Below, one piece after another: positions 39,462 to 50,609 of a stretch of 64,000 nucleotides of DNA (positions within the stretch are counted from its first letter, which is position 1; each line of letters opens with the position of its first letter). The notes under the pieces were generated by a model that did not search any database, had not been told where the DNA came from, and was given only the letters and a program-made list of their open reading frames with translations. Source of the stretch: Bacteroidota bacterium (GTDB taxonomy: Bacteria; Bacteroidota; Bacteroidia; UKL13-3); contig CANHGM010000001.1 in NCBI GenBank assembly GCA_947460345.1, positions 132,744 through 196,743 on the forward strand, in the 5' to 3' direction. Position numbers and translations under genes: made by a program.

Positions 39462-40475
39462 ATGAAAACAGATATTAGAAAATTATTAAACGAAAGAATT
39501 TTGATTCTAGATGGTGCCATGGGTACCATGATTCAACGCCACAATCTTCAAGAAGCCGACTATAGAGGAGAGAGATTCAAAGATTTTCACAAAGATATTA
39601 AAGGTAACAATGACCTATTGTGTTTAACCCAACCTCAGATTATAAAAGACATTCATAGAAAGTATTTTGAAGCAGGTTCAGATATTGTAGAAACCAATAC
39701 TTTTAATGCACAACAAGTATCGATGGAAGACTATGATATGCAGCATTTGAGCAGAGAAATAAATTTGGAAGCAGCTAAAATAGCCAGAGAAGCAGCAGAT
39801 GAATACACAGCTTTAACTCCAGATAAGCCTCGTTTTGTTGCAGGTGCCATTGGGCCAATGAACAGAACACTTTCTCTTTCACCAGATGTAAATAAACCTG
39901 AGTTTAGAACAGTGGTTTTTGACCAAGTAAAAAATGCATATTTAGAACAAGCTATTGCACTTATAGAAGGTGGTGTTGATCTAATTTTAATTGAAACCAT
40001 TTTTGACACCTTAAATTGTAAAGCGGCAATATATGCTTGCATGGAGGCATTTGAAATTATGAATAAGGAATTGCCAATCATGATTAGTGGAACCATCACC
40101 GATGCCAGTGGCAGAACGCTTTCAGGTCAAACAATTGAAGCATTTTATTTATCAGTTAGGCATGCTAATCCTATTAGTGTAGGGATTAACTGTGCTCTTG
40201 GTGCCCAGCAAATGAGACCATATATAGAAGCACTTAGCAATATGGCCGAATGCTACGTGAGTTGCTATCCTAATGCTGGCTTACCAAATGAGTTTGGAGA
40301 GTATGATGAAAGTCCTGCAGCTATGGGTTCTCAAGTAAAAGATTTTCTTGAATCAGGATTCATCAATATTATTGGTGGATGTTGCGGAACTACTCCAGAT
40401 CATATTGCAGAAATTGCTAGATTGGCTGCTAATTATCAACCTAGACCATTGATTTTAATTGAGGAAAATAACTAA
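39462..40475 (+). CDS. metH: B12-dependent methionine synthase, homocysteine-binding module (split MetH, part 1)
   Basis: [31 protein letters not shown] and IGGCCGTTP motifs. ATG taken at 39462. Confidence 0.95.
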   Translation: MKTDIRKLLNERILILDGAMGTMIQRHNLQEADYRGERFKDFHKDIKGNNDLLCLTQPQIIKDIHRKYFEAGSDIVETNTFNAQQVSMEDYDMQHLSREINLEAAKIAREAADEYTALTPDKPRFVAGAIGPMNRTLSLSPDVNKPEFRTVVFDQVKNAYLEQAIALIEGGVDLILIETIFDTLNCKAAIYACMEAFEIMNKELPIMISGTITDASGRTLSGQTIEAFYLSVRHANPISVGINCALGAQQMRPYIEALSNMAECYVSCYPNAGLPNEFGEYDESPAAMGSQVKDFLESGFINIIGGCCGTTPDHIAEIARLAANYQPRPLILIEENN

Positions 40476-40590
40476 TCATTTGAGCTCTTCATATTAGAAA
40501 TTATATATATCTATTTCAATTGTTGTTTATTCAATTTAACAATGATTGAGACACCCACAACAACATATATCATATAGGAAAAAAATAAAA

Positions 40591-43251
40591 ATGTCAAAAT
40601 ATTTAAGATTATCAGGGCTTGAGCCATTAATAATTACTCCAGAAACTAATTTTGTAAACATTGGTGAAAGAACCAATGTATCAGGTTCTAGAGCGTTTGC
40701 TAAAATGATTTTGAAAGGTGATTTTGAATCGGCCCTTTCAGTTGCAAGACAACAGGTAGAGAATGGAGCTCAAGTAATAGATGTGAATATGGATGAGGGA
40801 ATGCTAGACGGTGTTGCTTCCATGACTCATTTTTTGAATTTAATTGCTTCAGAGCCTGATATTTCTAGAGTTCCTATCATGATCGACTCTTCTAAATGGG
40901 AGATTATAGAAGCAGGGCTAAAATGCCTACAAGGAAAAGGTATTGTGAACTCGATATCACTGAAAGATGGAGAAGAAAAATTTATAGAGAGAGCCAAGAT
41001 TATTAAAAAATTTGGTGCGGCTACCGTGGTTATGGCTTTTGATGAATCTGGGCAGGCCGATAATTATGAGAGAAGAATAGAAATTTGCAAAAGAGCTTAT
41101 GATATATTGGTTGATGTGGTAAAGTTTCCAGCCGAAGACATCATTTTCGACCCAAATATTTTGACAGTTGCTACTGGTATGGAAGAGCATAACAACTATG
41201 CGGTTGATTTCATAAAAGCAACCAAGTGGATTAAAGAGAATTTACCTTATGCTAAAGTTTCGGGTGGGGTAAGTAATATATCTTTCTCTTTCAGAGGCAA
41301 CGATAAAGTGAGAGAAGCCATGCATTCGGCCTTCTTATACCATGCTATTAAAGCTGGTATGGACATGGGAATTGTGAATGCAGGAATGGTGGAAGTATAT
41401 GATGAAATTCCAAAGGATTTGCTTGAATATGTTGAGGATGTTTTGCTTAACAGAAAACCTGAGGCTACAGAGAAATTGATAGCTTATGCCGAACAAGTAA
41501 AAGGCGCAGGCAAAGTAAACGAAAGAGATGAGGCTTGGAGAAATGGTACAGTTGAAGAACGTTTGAGTCATGCATTGGTAAAAGGTATCGTAGAATATGT
41601 TGAAGCTGATACTGAAGAAGCACGTTTGAAATACCCTAAACCATTAGAAGTAATTGAAGGGCCATTGATGGCAGGTATGAATGTAGTTGGAGATTTGTTT
41701 GGAGCAGGTAAAATGTTCTTGCCTCAAGTAGTAAAAAGTGCTAGGGTAATGAAAAAAGCAGTAGCCGTTTTAACACCATATATAGAGGAAGAAAAATTAG
41801 CCTCTGGAAACACACAAGCTCAAGGTAAAATATTGATGGCCACTGTCAAAGGTGATGTACACGATATAGGAAAAAACATTGTAGGTGTAGTGCTTGCTTG
41901 TAACAACTACGAAATAGTAGACATGGGAGTAATGGTTGCAGCAGATAAAATATTGGCTAAGGCCAAAGAAATTAATGCTGACATCATTGGTCTATCAGGA
42001 TTGATTACTCCATCACTTGATGAAATGGTACACGTAGCCAAAGAAATGGAACGTTTAAAATTTGATATTCCATTGCTTATAGGTGGAGCTACCACTTCGC
42101 GTATACATGCGGCTGTCAAGATTGATCCTTGCTACAGTGGTCCTGTGGTGCATGTATTAGATGCTAGTAGAAGCGTGCCAGTTGCTGGTAATTTGATCAG
42201 CCGAGAACACCGACCTGAATATGAAAAAACAATCAAGCAAGAGTATGCTCAGTTGCGTGAAGATCATAAGAATAGAAAACAAGATAAGAATTATATAACC
42301 ATAGATGAAGCTCGTAAAAATGGTGCTAAAATAGATTGGAAAGGATATCAACCACCTGTGCCTAAAAAGCTTGGTATTACTGTATTTGAAGATTTTGATT
42401 TGGCTACCATTCGTGAGAATATAGATTGGACACCATTCTTTAGTACATGGGAATTAAGAGGTAAATATCCTCGTATTTTTGACGATGCTTATGTAGGCGA
42501 AGAAGCAAAAAAATTATTTGTAGATGCTAATTTGATGTTAGATGAAATTATCGCTAATCATTCTTTAAAAGCTAAAGCAGTCATTGGTTTGTTTGAAGCA
42601 AATGCTGTTGGCGATGATATTTATTTGGAGAATGGAACAGTGCTTCACCAATTGCGTCAACAAGGACAGAAAGGTGAAGGGGTTTCTAATATATGTTTGT
42701 CAGATTTTATTGCACCTAAAGAATCAGGAATTAAAGATTATATAGGTTCATTCGCGGTGTCTGCCGGTTTTGAATTGGAACATTTGGTTGCCAAATACGA
42801 TGCAGACCATGATGACTATCACAGTATATTGGCCAAAGCCATTGCCGATAGATTGGCTGAAGCATTTGCAGAGACCATGCATGCACTTATACGCAAAGAA
42901 TATTGGGGCTATGCCGAGAATGAGCAACTTACTAATGAAGAACTTATTTCTGAACAATATGATGGTATCAGGCCAGCACCTGGCTATCCAGCTTGCCCTG
43001 ACCATACCGAGAAAGCTACTTTGTGGAAGTTGTTGGATGTAGAAAAGAATACAGGTATAAGTCTCACCGAAAGTTTTGCTATGTGGCCTGCTAGTAGTGT
43101 TAGTGGATGGTATTTTAGTCATCCACAGTCCAAGTACTTTGGTTTAGGTAAAATATATAAAGACCAAGTTGAAGACTATGCAAAACGTAAAGGAATGGAT
43201 TTAGCTGTCATAGAGCGTTGGTTAAGTCCTGTGCTTGGTTACGACAACTAG
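40591..43251 (+). CDS. metH: B12-dependent methionine synthase, pterin-, cobalamin- and SAM-binding modules (split MetH, part 2)
   Basis: [20 protein letters not shown] cobalamin motif, and [15 protein letters not shown] at 40591. Confidence 0.97.
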   Translation: MSKYLRLSGLEPLIITPETNFVNIGERTNVSGSRAFAKMILKGDFESALSVARQQVENGAQVIDVNMDEGMLDGVASMTHFLNLIASEPDISRVPIMIDSSKWEIIEAGLKCLQGKGIVNSISLKDGEEKFIERAKIIKKFGAATVVMAFDESGQADNYERRIEICKRAYDILVDVVKFPAEDIIFDPNILTVATGMEEHNNYAVDFIKATKWIKENLPYAKVSGGVSNISFSFRGNDKVREAMHSAFLYHAIKAGMDMGIVNAGMVEVYDEIPKDLLEYVEDVLLNRKPEATEKLIAYAEQVKGAGKVNERDEAWRNGTVEERLSHALVKGIVEYVEADTEEARLKYPKPLEVIEGPLMAGMNVVGDLFGAGKMFLPQVVKSARVMKKAVAVLTPYIEEEKLASGNTQAQGKILMATVKGDVHDIGKNIVGVVLACNNYEIVDMGVMVAADKILAKAKEINADIIGLSGLITPSLDEMVHVAKEMERLKFDIPLLIGGATTSRIHAAVKIDPCYSGPVVHVLDASRSVPVAGNLISREHRPEYEKTIKQEYAQLREDHKNRKQDKNYITIDEARKNGAKIDWKGYQPPVPKKLGITVFEDFDLATIRENIDWTPFFSTWELRGKYPRIFDDAYVGEEAKKLFVDANLMLDEIIANHSLKAKAVIGLFEANAVGDDIYLENGTVLHQLRQQGQKGEGVSNICLSDFIAPKESGIKDYIGSFAVSAGFELEHLVAKYDADHDDYHSILAKAIADRLAEAFAETMHALIRKEYWGYAENEQLTNEELISEQYDGIRPAPGYPACPDHTEKATLWKLLDVEKNTGISLTESFAMWPASSVSGWYFSHPQSKYFGLGKIYKDQVEDYAKRKGMDLAVIERWLSPVLGYDN

Positions 43252-43272
43252 CCAAACAATTATATATATGAA

Positions 43273-44643
43273 ATGTATGCAATTGTTGATATAGAAACAA
43301 CTGGTGGGAGTGCTGAAAGAAGTAAAATTACTGAAATTGCTATCATTATTCACGATGGTGAAAAGGCTATACAAACATTTTCAACGCTTGTAAACCCTGA
43401 GTGTAGAATTCCATATCAAATTACGCAGTTTACTGGCATCACAGATGAAATGGTAAAAGATGCCCCAAAGTTTTATGAGGTAGCAAAAGAAATTGTAGAA
43501 CTTACTCAAGATTGCGTTTTTGTAGCACATAATGTAAAGTTTGATTATGGATTTGTAAAAGCAGCTTTTAAAGAACTTGGGTATGACTATCAACGAAAAA
43601 CTTTGTGCACGGTAAGGTTAAGTAGAAATACTTTTCCGGGTTTGCCATCATATAGCTTGGGGAAGTTGTGCAATAGCCTAAACATTCAGCTAAAAAACAG
43701 ACATAGAGCATTAGGAGATGCAGAAGCTACAGCCTTGCTTTTTAGCAAAATGGTTGAAAAAAATGCTAACTTATTACCCAATGACTGGCTTAATTCGGAA
43801 TTACAAAAACTAACGCATCCACCCTTATTGGGCGAAAGTGTATTAGAAAAAATTCCCTATAAAACCACAGGCGTTTATTACTTCCATAATAAAGATGGAG
43901 AGGTGATATATGTGGGAAAAAGTATAGACATTAAAAAAAGACTGATACAACATTTTGCAAACCAAAAAAGTCAGAAAGTAATCAGAATGCAGCATGAAAT
44001 TGCAGATATAAGTTTTGAGCCCACAGGAAGCGAGCTAGTTGCTTTGCTATTAGAATCAGATGAAATAAAAAAGTTAAAGCCTTTATATAACCGCTCACAA
44101 AAAAGAACCAGGTCAATACCTTTTTACGGCATTTTTGAAAAAATAGACGAACAAGGATATATAAACTTATATACAAAAAAACTACAAGAAGACGACGAAC
44201 CTATTCTAACTATAGACAATTTAGTTGAAGCAAAAAACACTTATTATAAACTTATTGAAAAGTACAATTTGTGCTTATCAAAAGCCGATATACATAAAAC
44301 AGGTGGGGCATGTTTTAATTACCAAATACATATATGCAATGGTGCTTGTATAAACAAAGAAAGCGTTGAAATGTATAATGATAGAGCTTCAAAAGCTATA
44401 GAAAGTATCAGTTTTAAGCATCAGAGTTTTTTAATAGTAGACAAAGGGAAACACCAACACGAAAAAGCAGTTATATATATTGATAAAGGTGTTTATAAAG
44501 GATTTGGATTTATAGATATGCGTGAGTCAAATCCAACAATCGAGGATATGAAAGATTGTATAAAAAAATACAGTCATAACAAAGACATACAAACTATACT
44601 GTATAGGTTTGTGAAAAATGGAATTAAAAAAATAGCTATATAA
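43273..44643 (+). CDS. DnaQ-like 3'-5' exonuclease fused to GIY-YIG (UvrC-like) domain
   Basis: VDIETTG, VAHNV.FD and HRALGDA (DEDDh), then GVYYF...G.VIYVGKS..IK.R..QHF. Confidence 0.92.
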   Translation: MYAIVDIETTGGSAERSKITEIAIIIHDGEKAIQTFSTLVNPECRIPYQITQFTGITDEMVKDAPKFYEVAKEIVELTQDCVFVAHNVKFDYGFVKAAFKELGYDYQRKTLCTVRLSRNTFPGLPSYSLGKLCNSLNIQLKNRHRALGDAEATALLFSKMVEKNANLLPNDWLNSELQKLTHPPLLGESVLEKIPYKTTGVYYFHNKDGEVIYVGKSIDIKKRLIQHFANQKSQKVIRMQHEIADISFEPTGSELVALLLESDEIKKLKPLYNRSQKRTRSIPFYGIFEKIDEQGYINLYTKKLQEDDEPILTIDNLVEAKNTYYKLIEKYNLCLSKADIHKTGGACFNYQIHICNGACINKESVEMYNDRASKAIESISFKHQSFLIVDKGKHQHEKAVIYIDKGVYKGFGFIDMRESNPTIEDMKDCIKKYSHNKDIQTILYRFVKNGIKKIAI

Positions 44644-44646
44644 AAA

Positions 44647-45450
44647 CTATTTTTTGTTGTAGTATTTTAATGCTTGAGGCATAAAATCTTGTAAATCTTT
44701 TATGCGTTTTTCGTCACTTGGGTGAGTACTTAAAATTTGCGGTGGTTTTTGCCCTCCTGCTTGGCTCATTCTTTTCCAAAAGTCTATAGCAGTTTTAGGG
44801 TCATAACCTGCCATAGCCATAAATATTAATCCCATTTTGTCAGCTTCAGATTCATGCATTCTAGAATATGGAAGTGCTAAGCCTACCTCGGTACCAATAC
44901 CATAAGCAGTCATAAAAAGTTTTTGTGTTTCTTGAGGTTTGCTTTGCATGGCAAGGGCTAAAGTTATCTGCCCTGTTTGAAGCAACATTTGTTGGCTCAT
45001 TCTTTCGTTTCCGTGTCTTGCTATAGCATGTGCAATTTCGTGCCCCATAACCACTGCAATGCCATTGTCATCTTTACATAAAGGAAGTAAACCAGAATAA
45101 AAAGCCACTTTACCACCTGGCATACACCAAGCATTTTCCAGATTACTTTCAATTAAATTAAACTCCCAATTTACACCATCTAAACGACTTTGTCCGTTAT
45201 GAGATTTTAAATAAGTAGCAATAGCAACAGAAACATTGCTTCCAATATTCTTTATGCGATTTACATCGGTTGTGTTTTTTGACAAAGGCCCTGCTGTAAT
45301 AACTTTTTTATATTCGGTTAAACTCATGTTTTGCAACATAGACTCAGGCAATAGTTTCATTTGCTTTCTGTTAGTGATTGGTACTTTTACACAAGCAATA
45401 ATGAACGTTATAACTATTAAAGAAAAGAAAGTTGTTTTTTGCATACTCAT
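44647..45450 (-). CDS. M48 family metallopeptidase lipoprotein
   Basis: Lipobox IIAC, NAWCMPGG, HEIAH, E.EAD and LSTHP motifs. Confidence 0.95.
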   Translation of the reverse strand: MSMQKTTFFSLIVITFIIACVKVPITNRKQMKLLPESMLQNMSLTEYKKVITAGPLSKNTTDVNRIKNIGSNVSVAIATYLKSHNGQSRLDGVNWEFNLIESNLENAWCMPGGKVAFYSGLLPLCKDDNGIAVVMGHEIAHAIARHGNERMSQQMLLQTGQITLALAMQSKPQETQKLFMTAYGIGTEVGLALPYSRMHESEADKMGLIFMAMAGYDPKTAIDFWKRMSQAGGQKPPQILSTHPSDEKRIKDLQDFMPQALKYYNKK

Positions 45451-45614
45451 TTAACTGCAAAAGTATATCTAAAATTAGTATATATGTATGGCAGAAATTG
45501 TATATCATGCACAATTATACTTAACAACCAATTTAAATCAATAATTAATCTTTCTTTGAAATTGCTTTGCTATGAATTAATTATATAAGTTTACTTACAT
45601 TTGTTGCAATATTT

Positions 45615-46874
45615 ATGTTGCATATATATACTACCATAATCAAAGAAAGCTTGTCGTTTGCATTACATTCACTTTGGTCTAACAAGCTCAGGAGTTTTCT
45701 ATCTCTTTTAGGTATCACAGTGGGCATATTCTCTATAATTTTAGTTTTCACACTCACTGATTCTATGGAGAGGAATATAAAAACAAGTATAGAAAGTTTA
45801 GGTAGTGATGTAGTATTTGTTCAAAAATGGCCATGGTCTTTTGGTAGCGATTATCCTTGGTGGAAATATATGAATAGACCCAATGCTAAATTTAAAGAAT
45901 TAGAATATATTGACAGAAGATTGAGCAATATTGCTACACCAGCATATACTATTAATTTAATACCCGGAACATTTAAGTATTATAACAATTCAGTTACAAA
46001 TGCTAATGTTCAAGCTGTTTCTCACAATTGGTCGCAACTGAGAGTGGTAGATTTTGACAAAGGAAGATATTTTACTGAAGATGAATCAAACTCAGGCAGA
46101 GCAGTTGCCCTTATAGGCTCAGCTATTGCCGATGGTTTATTTGGTGGAATAGAGCCTATTGGTAAATATATAAAAGTAAAAGGCATCAAACTTAAAGTGA
46201 TTGGAGTTTTTAAAAGAGAAGGAGAGAGTTTGCTAGCTTCTACTAGTTTAGACAATCAAATGATCATACCTATAAACTATGCAAGAAACATAGTGAATAT
46301 AGATGATGAAAGGTTAAATCCAACATTGATGGTAAAGCCAAAAATAGGTATTGCTTTTGAGCAAGTAGAAAGTGAACTTAAAAGTGTGATGCGAGCTGCT
46401 AGAAAACTTAAACCAAGTCAAGATGATAATTTTGCTTTAAATAAAATAACTTTAATATCGAAAGGGCTAGATACTTTTTTTGGTATACTCACCAAAGCAG
46501 GATGGTTAATAGGTGGACTTTCTATATTGGTTGGTGGTTTTGGCATTGCCAATATTATGTTTGTGTCTGTTAAAGAAAGAACCAACCAAATAGGCATTCA
46601 AAAGTCGTTAGGTGCAAAAAGATATTTTATACTCACTCAGTTTTTATTTGAATCTATAATACTTACTTTTATAGGTGGGGCTTTAGGTATGTTAATAGTT
46701 TGGTTGCTCACCATTTTACTAAGCGGAACAGTAGGTTTTAATCTTTTTTTGTCAAGTAGCAATATTTTTTTAGGTTCGGTTATCAGTATCACTATTGGGA
46801 TAGTATTTGGTTTAATTCCGGCAATCAATGCATCAAAACTAGACCCAGTTGAAGCCATTAGGACAGGGATATAG
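45615..46874 (+). CDS. ABC transporter permease (MacB/FtsX family)
   Basis: NKLRSFLSLLGI.VG, GGFGIANIMFVSVKERT.QIGI.KSLGA and PA..AS.LDPVEA.R motifs. Confidence 0.93.
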   Translation: MLHIYTTIIKESLSFALHSLWSNKLRSFLSLLGITVGIFSIILVFTLTDSMERNIKTSIESLGSDVVFVQKWPWSFGSDYPWWKYMNRPNAKFKELEYIDRRLSNIATPAYTINLIPGTFKYYNNSVTNANVQAVSHNWSQLRVVDFDKGRYFTEDESNSGRAVALIGSAIADGLFGGIEPIGKYIKVKGIKLKVIGVFKREGESLLASTSLDNQMIIPINYARNIVNIDDERLNPTLMVKPKIGIAFEQVESELKSVMRAARKLKPSQDDNFALNKITLISKGLDTFFGILTKAGWLIGGLSILVGGFGIANIMFVSVKERTNQIGIQKSLGAKRYFILTQFLFESIILTFIGGALGMLIVWLLTILLSGTVGFNLFLSSSNIFLGSVISITIGIVFGLIPAINASKLDPVEAIRTGI

Positions 46875-47190
46875 TAGTTAAAGATGGTTAAGTATATATA
46901 AATATTATTTTTTTAAAATAATATTTACAACTTCATTATATGGTCAAATTAAAATACCAACATCAGACTCAATGTCGGTTTCATTTTATCAAGTAAAGAA
47001 GAGTCCATTTTCATTTTTAATAAATAGTATATATCAAGTAAAAAAGAAAAAACTAAATAGAATAATTTTAAAAAAGCCTATACCTTTATCTATTGATAAA
47101 ATAAGGGCATTAATGCTAAGCATTAAAGGTCAAGAATTAATATCAGCATTAATAAGGGATATTAAACATCAAAAAACTAAGTAAAAAAAT

Positions 47191-47676
47191 TTATCTAATA
47201 GTTAATACCATCACAAAATCTTCCATTAAATACCCATCGCCAATATCAAAATCTGCCACTTCTTCAATTACAAAACCCATTTTAAAGTAGAAGTTTATAC
47301 TCTTATAATTTTTTCTATTTACTTGTAAACGCATGGCTTTAGATTCAGGAAACATCTTTAAAATTGCTACTAAAGCCTTCCCTCCTATTCCTTTATTCTG
47401 ATGAGTAGTATCTATATAAAATTTATTTAAAAACAGAACGTCGTTCTCATTATATACAATAGAAATAAAACCAATGTCTGTAGCATTATCTTGAATCATA
47501 TAAAATTTATGACCTTCTATCATTTGTCTTTTTAAAGATTCAATGTCATATATTTTAGAAAGCATATAATTTACTTGGTCAATACCTATAATAGGAATAT
47601 AATGGTGATGCCAAATAACATACGCTAGGCTTTTTATTGATTCAATATCAGCTTTTGTAGCTTCAACAATATTCAT
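47191..47676 (-). CDS. GNAT family N-acetyltransferase
   Basis: L.KFYI....QNKGIG and L.VNRKN..SI.FY.KMGF...IG.GY.M.DFVM motifs. Confidence 0.9.
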   Translation of the reverse strand: MNIVEATKADIESIKSLAYVIWHHHYIPIIGIDQVNYMLSKIYDIESLKRQMIEGHKFYMIQDNATDIGFISIVYNENDVLFLNKFYIDTTHQNKGIGGKALVAILKMFPESKAMRLQVNRKNYKSINFYFKMGFVIEEVADFDIGDGYLMEDFVMVLTIR

Positions 47677-47816
47677 GTTTTTTTTAATTATGAATGCAAA
47701 TATGTTATGAAAAAACGAAAGCTCATTTATAAATCGAAAATAGTTGAAATTCTACTACTGATAAATTTTCTGCTTATCTTCGCAAACAATTCATAAAGCT
47801 CACTTTTTATATATAC

Positions 47817-49478
47817 ATGAACGAAACTAAAATAATAAAAGCCGCAACAGGCAATAAACTTAGCTGTAAGGGGTGGGTTCAAGAAGCGGCACTAAGAATG
47901 TTGTGTAATAACCTAGATCCTGATGTAGCAGAAAGACCTGATGAACTTATTGTATATGGTGGACTTGGAAAAGCAGCAAGAAATTGGGAATGTTTTGATC
48001 TTATAGTTAAAGCTCTTCAAGATTTAAATGAAGATGAAACTTTATTAATTCAAAGTGGAAAGCCTGTAGGAATATTGCCAACCCACAAAGATGCACCTAG
48101 GGTACTTATATCTAATTCTCAGTTGGTACCTAAATGGGCTACTTGGGAGCATTTTAGAGAACTAGAAGCCAAAGGTTTGATGATGTATGGACAAATGACA
48201 GCAGGCTCATGGATATATATTGGCTCGCAAGGGATTGTACAAGGTACCTACGAAACATTTGGAGCAGCTGCAAGAAAACACTTTAATGGAACACTAAAAG
48301 GTACGCTTACAGTTACAGCAGGGTTAGGTGGTATGGGTGGTGCTCAACCACTATCAGTTACTATGAATGAGGGTGTATGTTTAGTAGCTGATGTAGTCCT
48401 TTGGCGAATTAAAAAACGTCTTGAAACTAGGTATTTAGACATGTTGTGTATGGATATAGATGAGGCAATTGATTTAGCCATTAGAAACAAGCAAGCTGGA
48501 ATGGCTGTCTCGATTGGTGTTTGTTGTAATATAGCCGATTTGTTAGAAAGACTGATTGAGCGAAATATCACACCTGATTTGTTAACCGATCAAACCAGTG
48601 CTCACGATCCACTTATTGGTTATTATCCTCAAGGATTGCCTGAAGAAGTAGCCGATAATTTAAGAAAAACCAACCCTGAAGAATATACTCGTCAGTCATA
48701 TAAAACAATGGCTCACCATGTAGTGATGATGCTTGAACTGCAAAAGAGAGGAGCCATCACATTTGACTATGGCAACAATTTAAGAGCTAGAGCCAAAGAA
48801 GCGGGAGTTGAGCATGCTTTTGATTTTCCTGGGTTTGTGCCGGCATATATACGCCCACTTTTCTGCGAAGGAAAAGGGCCGTTTAGATGGGTAGCTTTAA
48901 GCGGCGATCCAGAAGATATATATACAACAGATAAGGTTATCATGGAGATGTTCCCTGAGAACGAAGGTTTGCAACGTTGGATGAAAATGGTTAAAGAAAA
49001 AATAGCTTTTCAGGGTTTACCCTCAAGAATATGTTGGCTAGGCCAAGGTGAAAGAGAAAAAGCTGGACTTGCATTTAACGAACTAGTAAGAACTGGAAAA
49101 GTTAAAGCTCCAATTGTTATTGGTAGAGACCATTTAGATACAGGCTCTGTTGCATCACCTAATAGAGAAACAGAAGCTATGCTTGATGGAAGTGATGCCG
49201 TTGCAGATTGGCCAGTGTTAAACTCATTAATAAATACTGCAGGAGGGGCTAGCTGGGTCTCATTGCACCATGGCGGAGGCGTAGGTATGGGTTATAGTAT
49301 ACATGCAGGTATGGTTATAGTTGCTGATGGAACTGAAGATGCAAAAAAGCGTTTAAAAAGAGTTTTACACAACGACCCCGCAATGGGAGTGATAAGGCAT
49401 GCTGATGCTGGATATGACATCGCTAAAGACACCTTAAGAAAAAACCGCCTAGATATAAAAGAAAGACTAAAAGACTAA
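47817..49478 (+). CDS. hutU: Urocanate hydratase
   Basis: [38 protein letters not shown] and GRDHLD motifs. Confidence 0.98.
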   Translation: MNETKIIKAATGNKLSCKGWVQEAALRMLCNNLDPDVAERPDELIVYGGLGKAARNWECFDLIVKALQDLNEDETLLIQSGKPVGILPTHKDAPRVLISNSQLVPKWATWEHFRELEAKGLMMYGQMTAGSWIYIGSQGIVQGTYETFGAAARKHFNGTLKGTLTVTAGLGGMGGAQPLSVTMNEGVCLVADVVLWRIKKRLETRYLDMLCMDIDEAIDLAIRNKQAGMAVSIGVCCNIADLLERLIERNITPDLLTDQTSAHDPLIGYYPQGLPEEVADNLRKTNPEEYTRQSYKTMAHHVVMMLELQKRGAITFDYGNNLRARAKEAGVEHAFDFPGFVPAYIRPLFCEGKGPFRWVALSGDPEDIYTTDKVIMEMFPENEGLQRWMKMVKEKIAFQGLPSRICWLGQGEREKAGLAFNELVRTGKVKAPIVIGRDHLDTGSVASPNRETEAMLDGSDAVADWPVLNSLINTAGGASWVSLHHGGGVGMGYSIHAGMVIVADGTEDAKKRLKRVLHNDPAMGVIRHADAGYDIAKDTLRKNRLDIKERLKD

Positions 49479-49489
49479 TTTAAATAATA

Positions 49490-50608
49490 TTGGCCATAGC
49501 AACCAAAGTAGCAAGCAAGGGTGTGATGTTTATAATACATCGCATTGTTTTTTTCATTAATTTTTGTGCTGTTCTTTTATTATTAGCTTCTTATTTGGCA
49601 CCCTATATAAGTCCAACATACATGTGGCTTTTAAGTTTAGTTGGTATTTCATATACACTACTTTTATTAGCTAATATACTTTTTGTGATATACTGGTTGA
49701 TATTTTTTAAATTCTTCAAAATTATATATTCACTTGCTGCAATTGCAATAGGATTTAGTCATATACAAAAAGTTTTTAAGTTGAACAATAATGTTAGCGA
49801 ATTAAAAGAAAACACAATAAAGGTTATGAGTTTTAATGGCAACTATTTTGGCGTATACAGCACTACCATTAATTCTACTTCTTTTTTTGAGCATTTGAAG
49901 GAAGAAAACCCAGATATATTTTGTTTTCAAGAGTTTATGTGGGAAAACAACAAACGCAAAAATTATATAAAAAAAACAAATAATTATTTGCCAGGTGGGC
50001 ATGTATCTTTCTTAAATGTATATACTGCTATGGATACTATACATAGAGAATATGGAATGTTTATATATACAAAATTTCCTATAGTTAACACAGGTAAGAT
50101 AGAATTTGAAAACACCAAAGGTAATTGTGTACAATGGGTTGACGTCAAAATTAAGAATGAAACATTTCGAATATACAATGTGCATTTGCAAAGTATAAAA
50201 TTTGATGAAAGAGACTATGACATTATGAAGCTTAATGGCAATAACGATACTATCATAAATAAAGCTGAGAGTATTATGCTAAAAATGAAAGAAGCATGGC
50301 AAGTAAGAGCAAAACAAGCTGAATTATTAAAAGACCATATAGAATCATGCCCACATAAAATAATACTTTGTGGCGATTTTAACGATACACCAATATCTTA
50401 TACTTATAATACTGTTGTAGGTAATTTAAAAGATGCATTTATAGAAAGTGGTTCTGGTTTTAGTCAGACTTATTCAGGCAGAATGCCCTCTTTTAGAATT
50501 GATTATATATTAGCCGATAAATCTTTTGATATATATAATTATGAATTAGGAGATAAATATTGGAGTGATCACAAATTGGTTCAAACTACTTTACATATAA
50601 AAAAATAA
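49490..50608 (+). CDS. Endonuclease/exonuclease/phosphatase family membrane protein
   Basis: Three N-terminal TM helices, then PDIFCFQE, NVHLQS, CGDFND, RIDYI and SDH motifs. Confidence 0.92.
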   Translation: MAIATKVASKGVMFIIHRIVFFINFCAVLLLLASYLAPYISPTYMWLLSLVGISYTLLLLANILFVIYWLIFFKFFKIIYSLAAIAIGFSHIQKVFKLNNNVSELKENTIKVMSFNGNYFGVYSTTINSTSFFEHLKEENPDIFCFQEFMWENNKRKNYIKKTNNYLPGGHVSFLNVYTAMDTIHREYGMFIYTKFPIVNTGKIEFENTKGNCVQWVDVKIKNETFRIYNVHLQSIKFDERDYDIMKLNGNNDTIINKAESIMLKMKEAWQVRAKQAELLKDHIESCPHKIILCGDFNDTPISYTYNTVVGNLKDAFIESGSGFSQTYSGRMPSFRIDYILADKSFDIYNYELGDKYWSDHKLVQTTLHIKK

Positions 50609-50609
50609 A

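Noticed and set aside
39462-43251. metH in two ORFs as a pseudogene or frameshift
   Set aside because: The split falls at a domain boundary and both parts have intact motifs and their own starts. Split MetH is usual in Bacteroidota.
46972-47184. 70-aa ORF with short internal repeats (ATCAAGTAAA twice) between the ABC permease and the GNAT gene
   Set aside because: Very AT-rich, low-complexity sequence with no motif. Probably spurious or a decayed remnant.
47817-49478. hutU without hutH, hutI or hutG as an anomaly
   Set aside because: Histidine-utilisation genes are often dispersed in Bacteroidota, so absence from a 64-kb window is uninformative.
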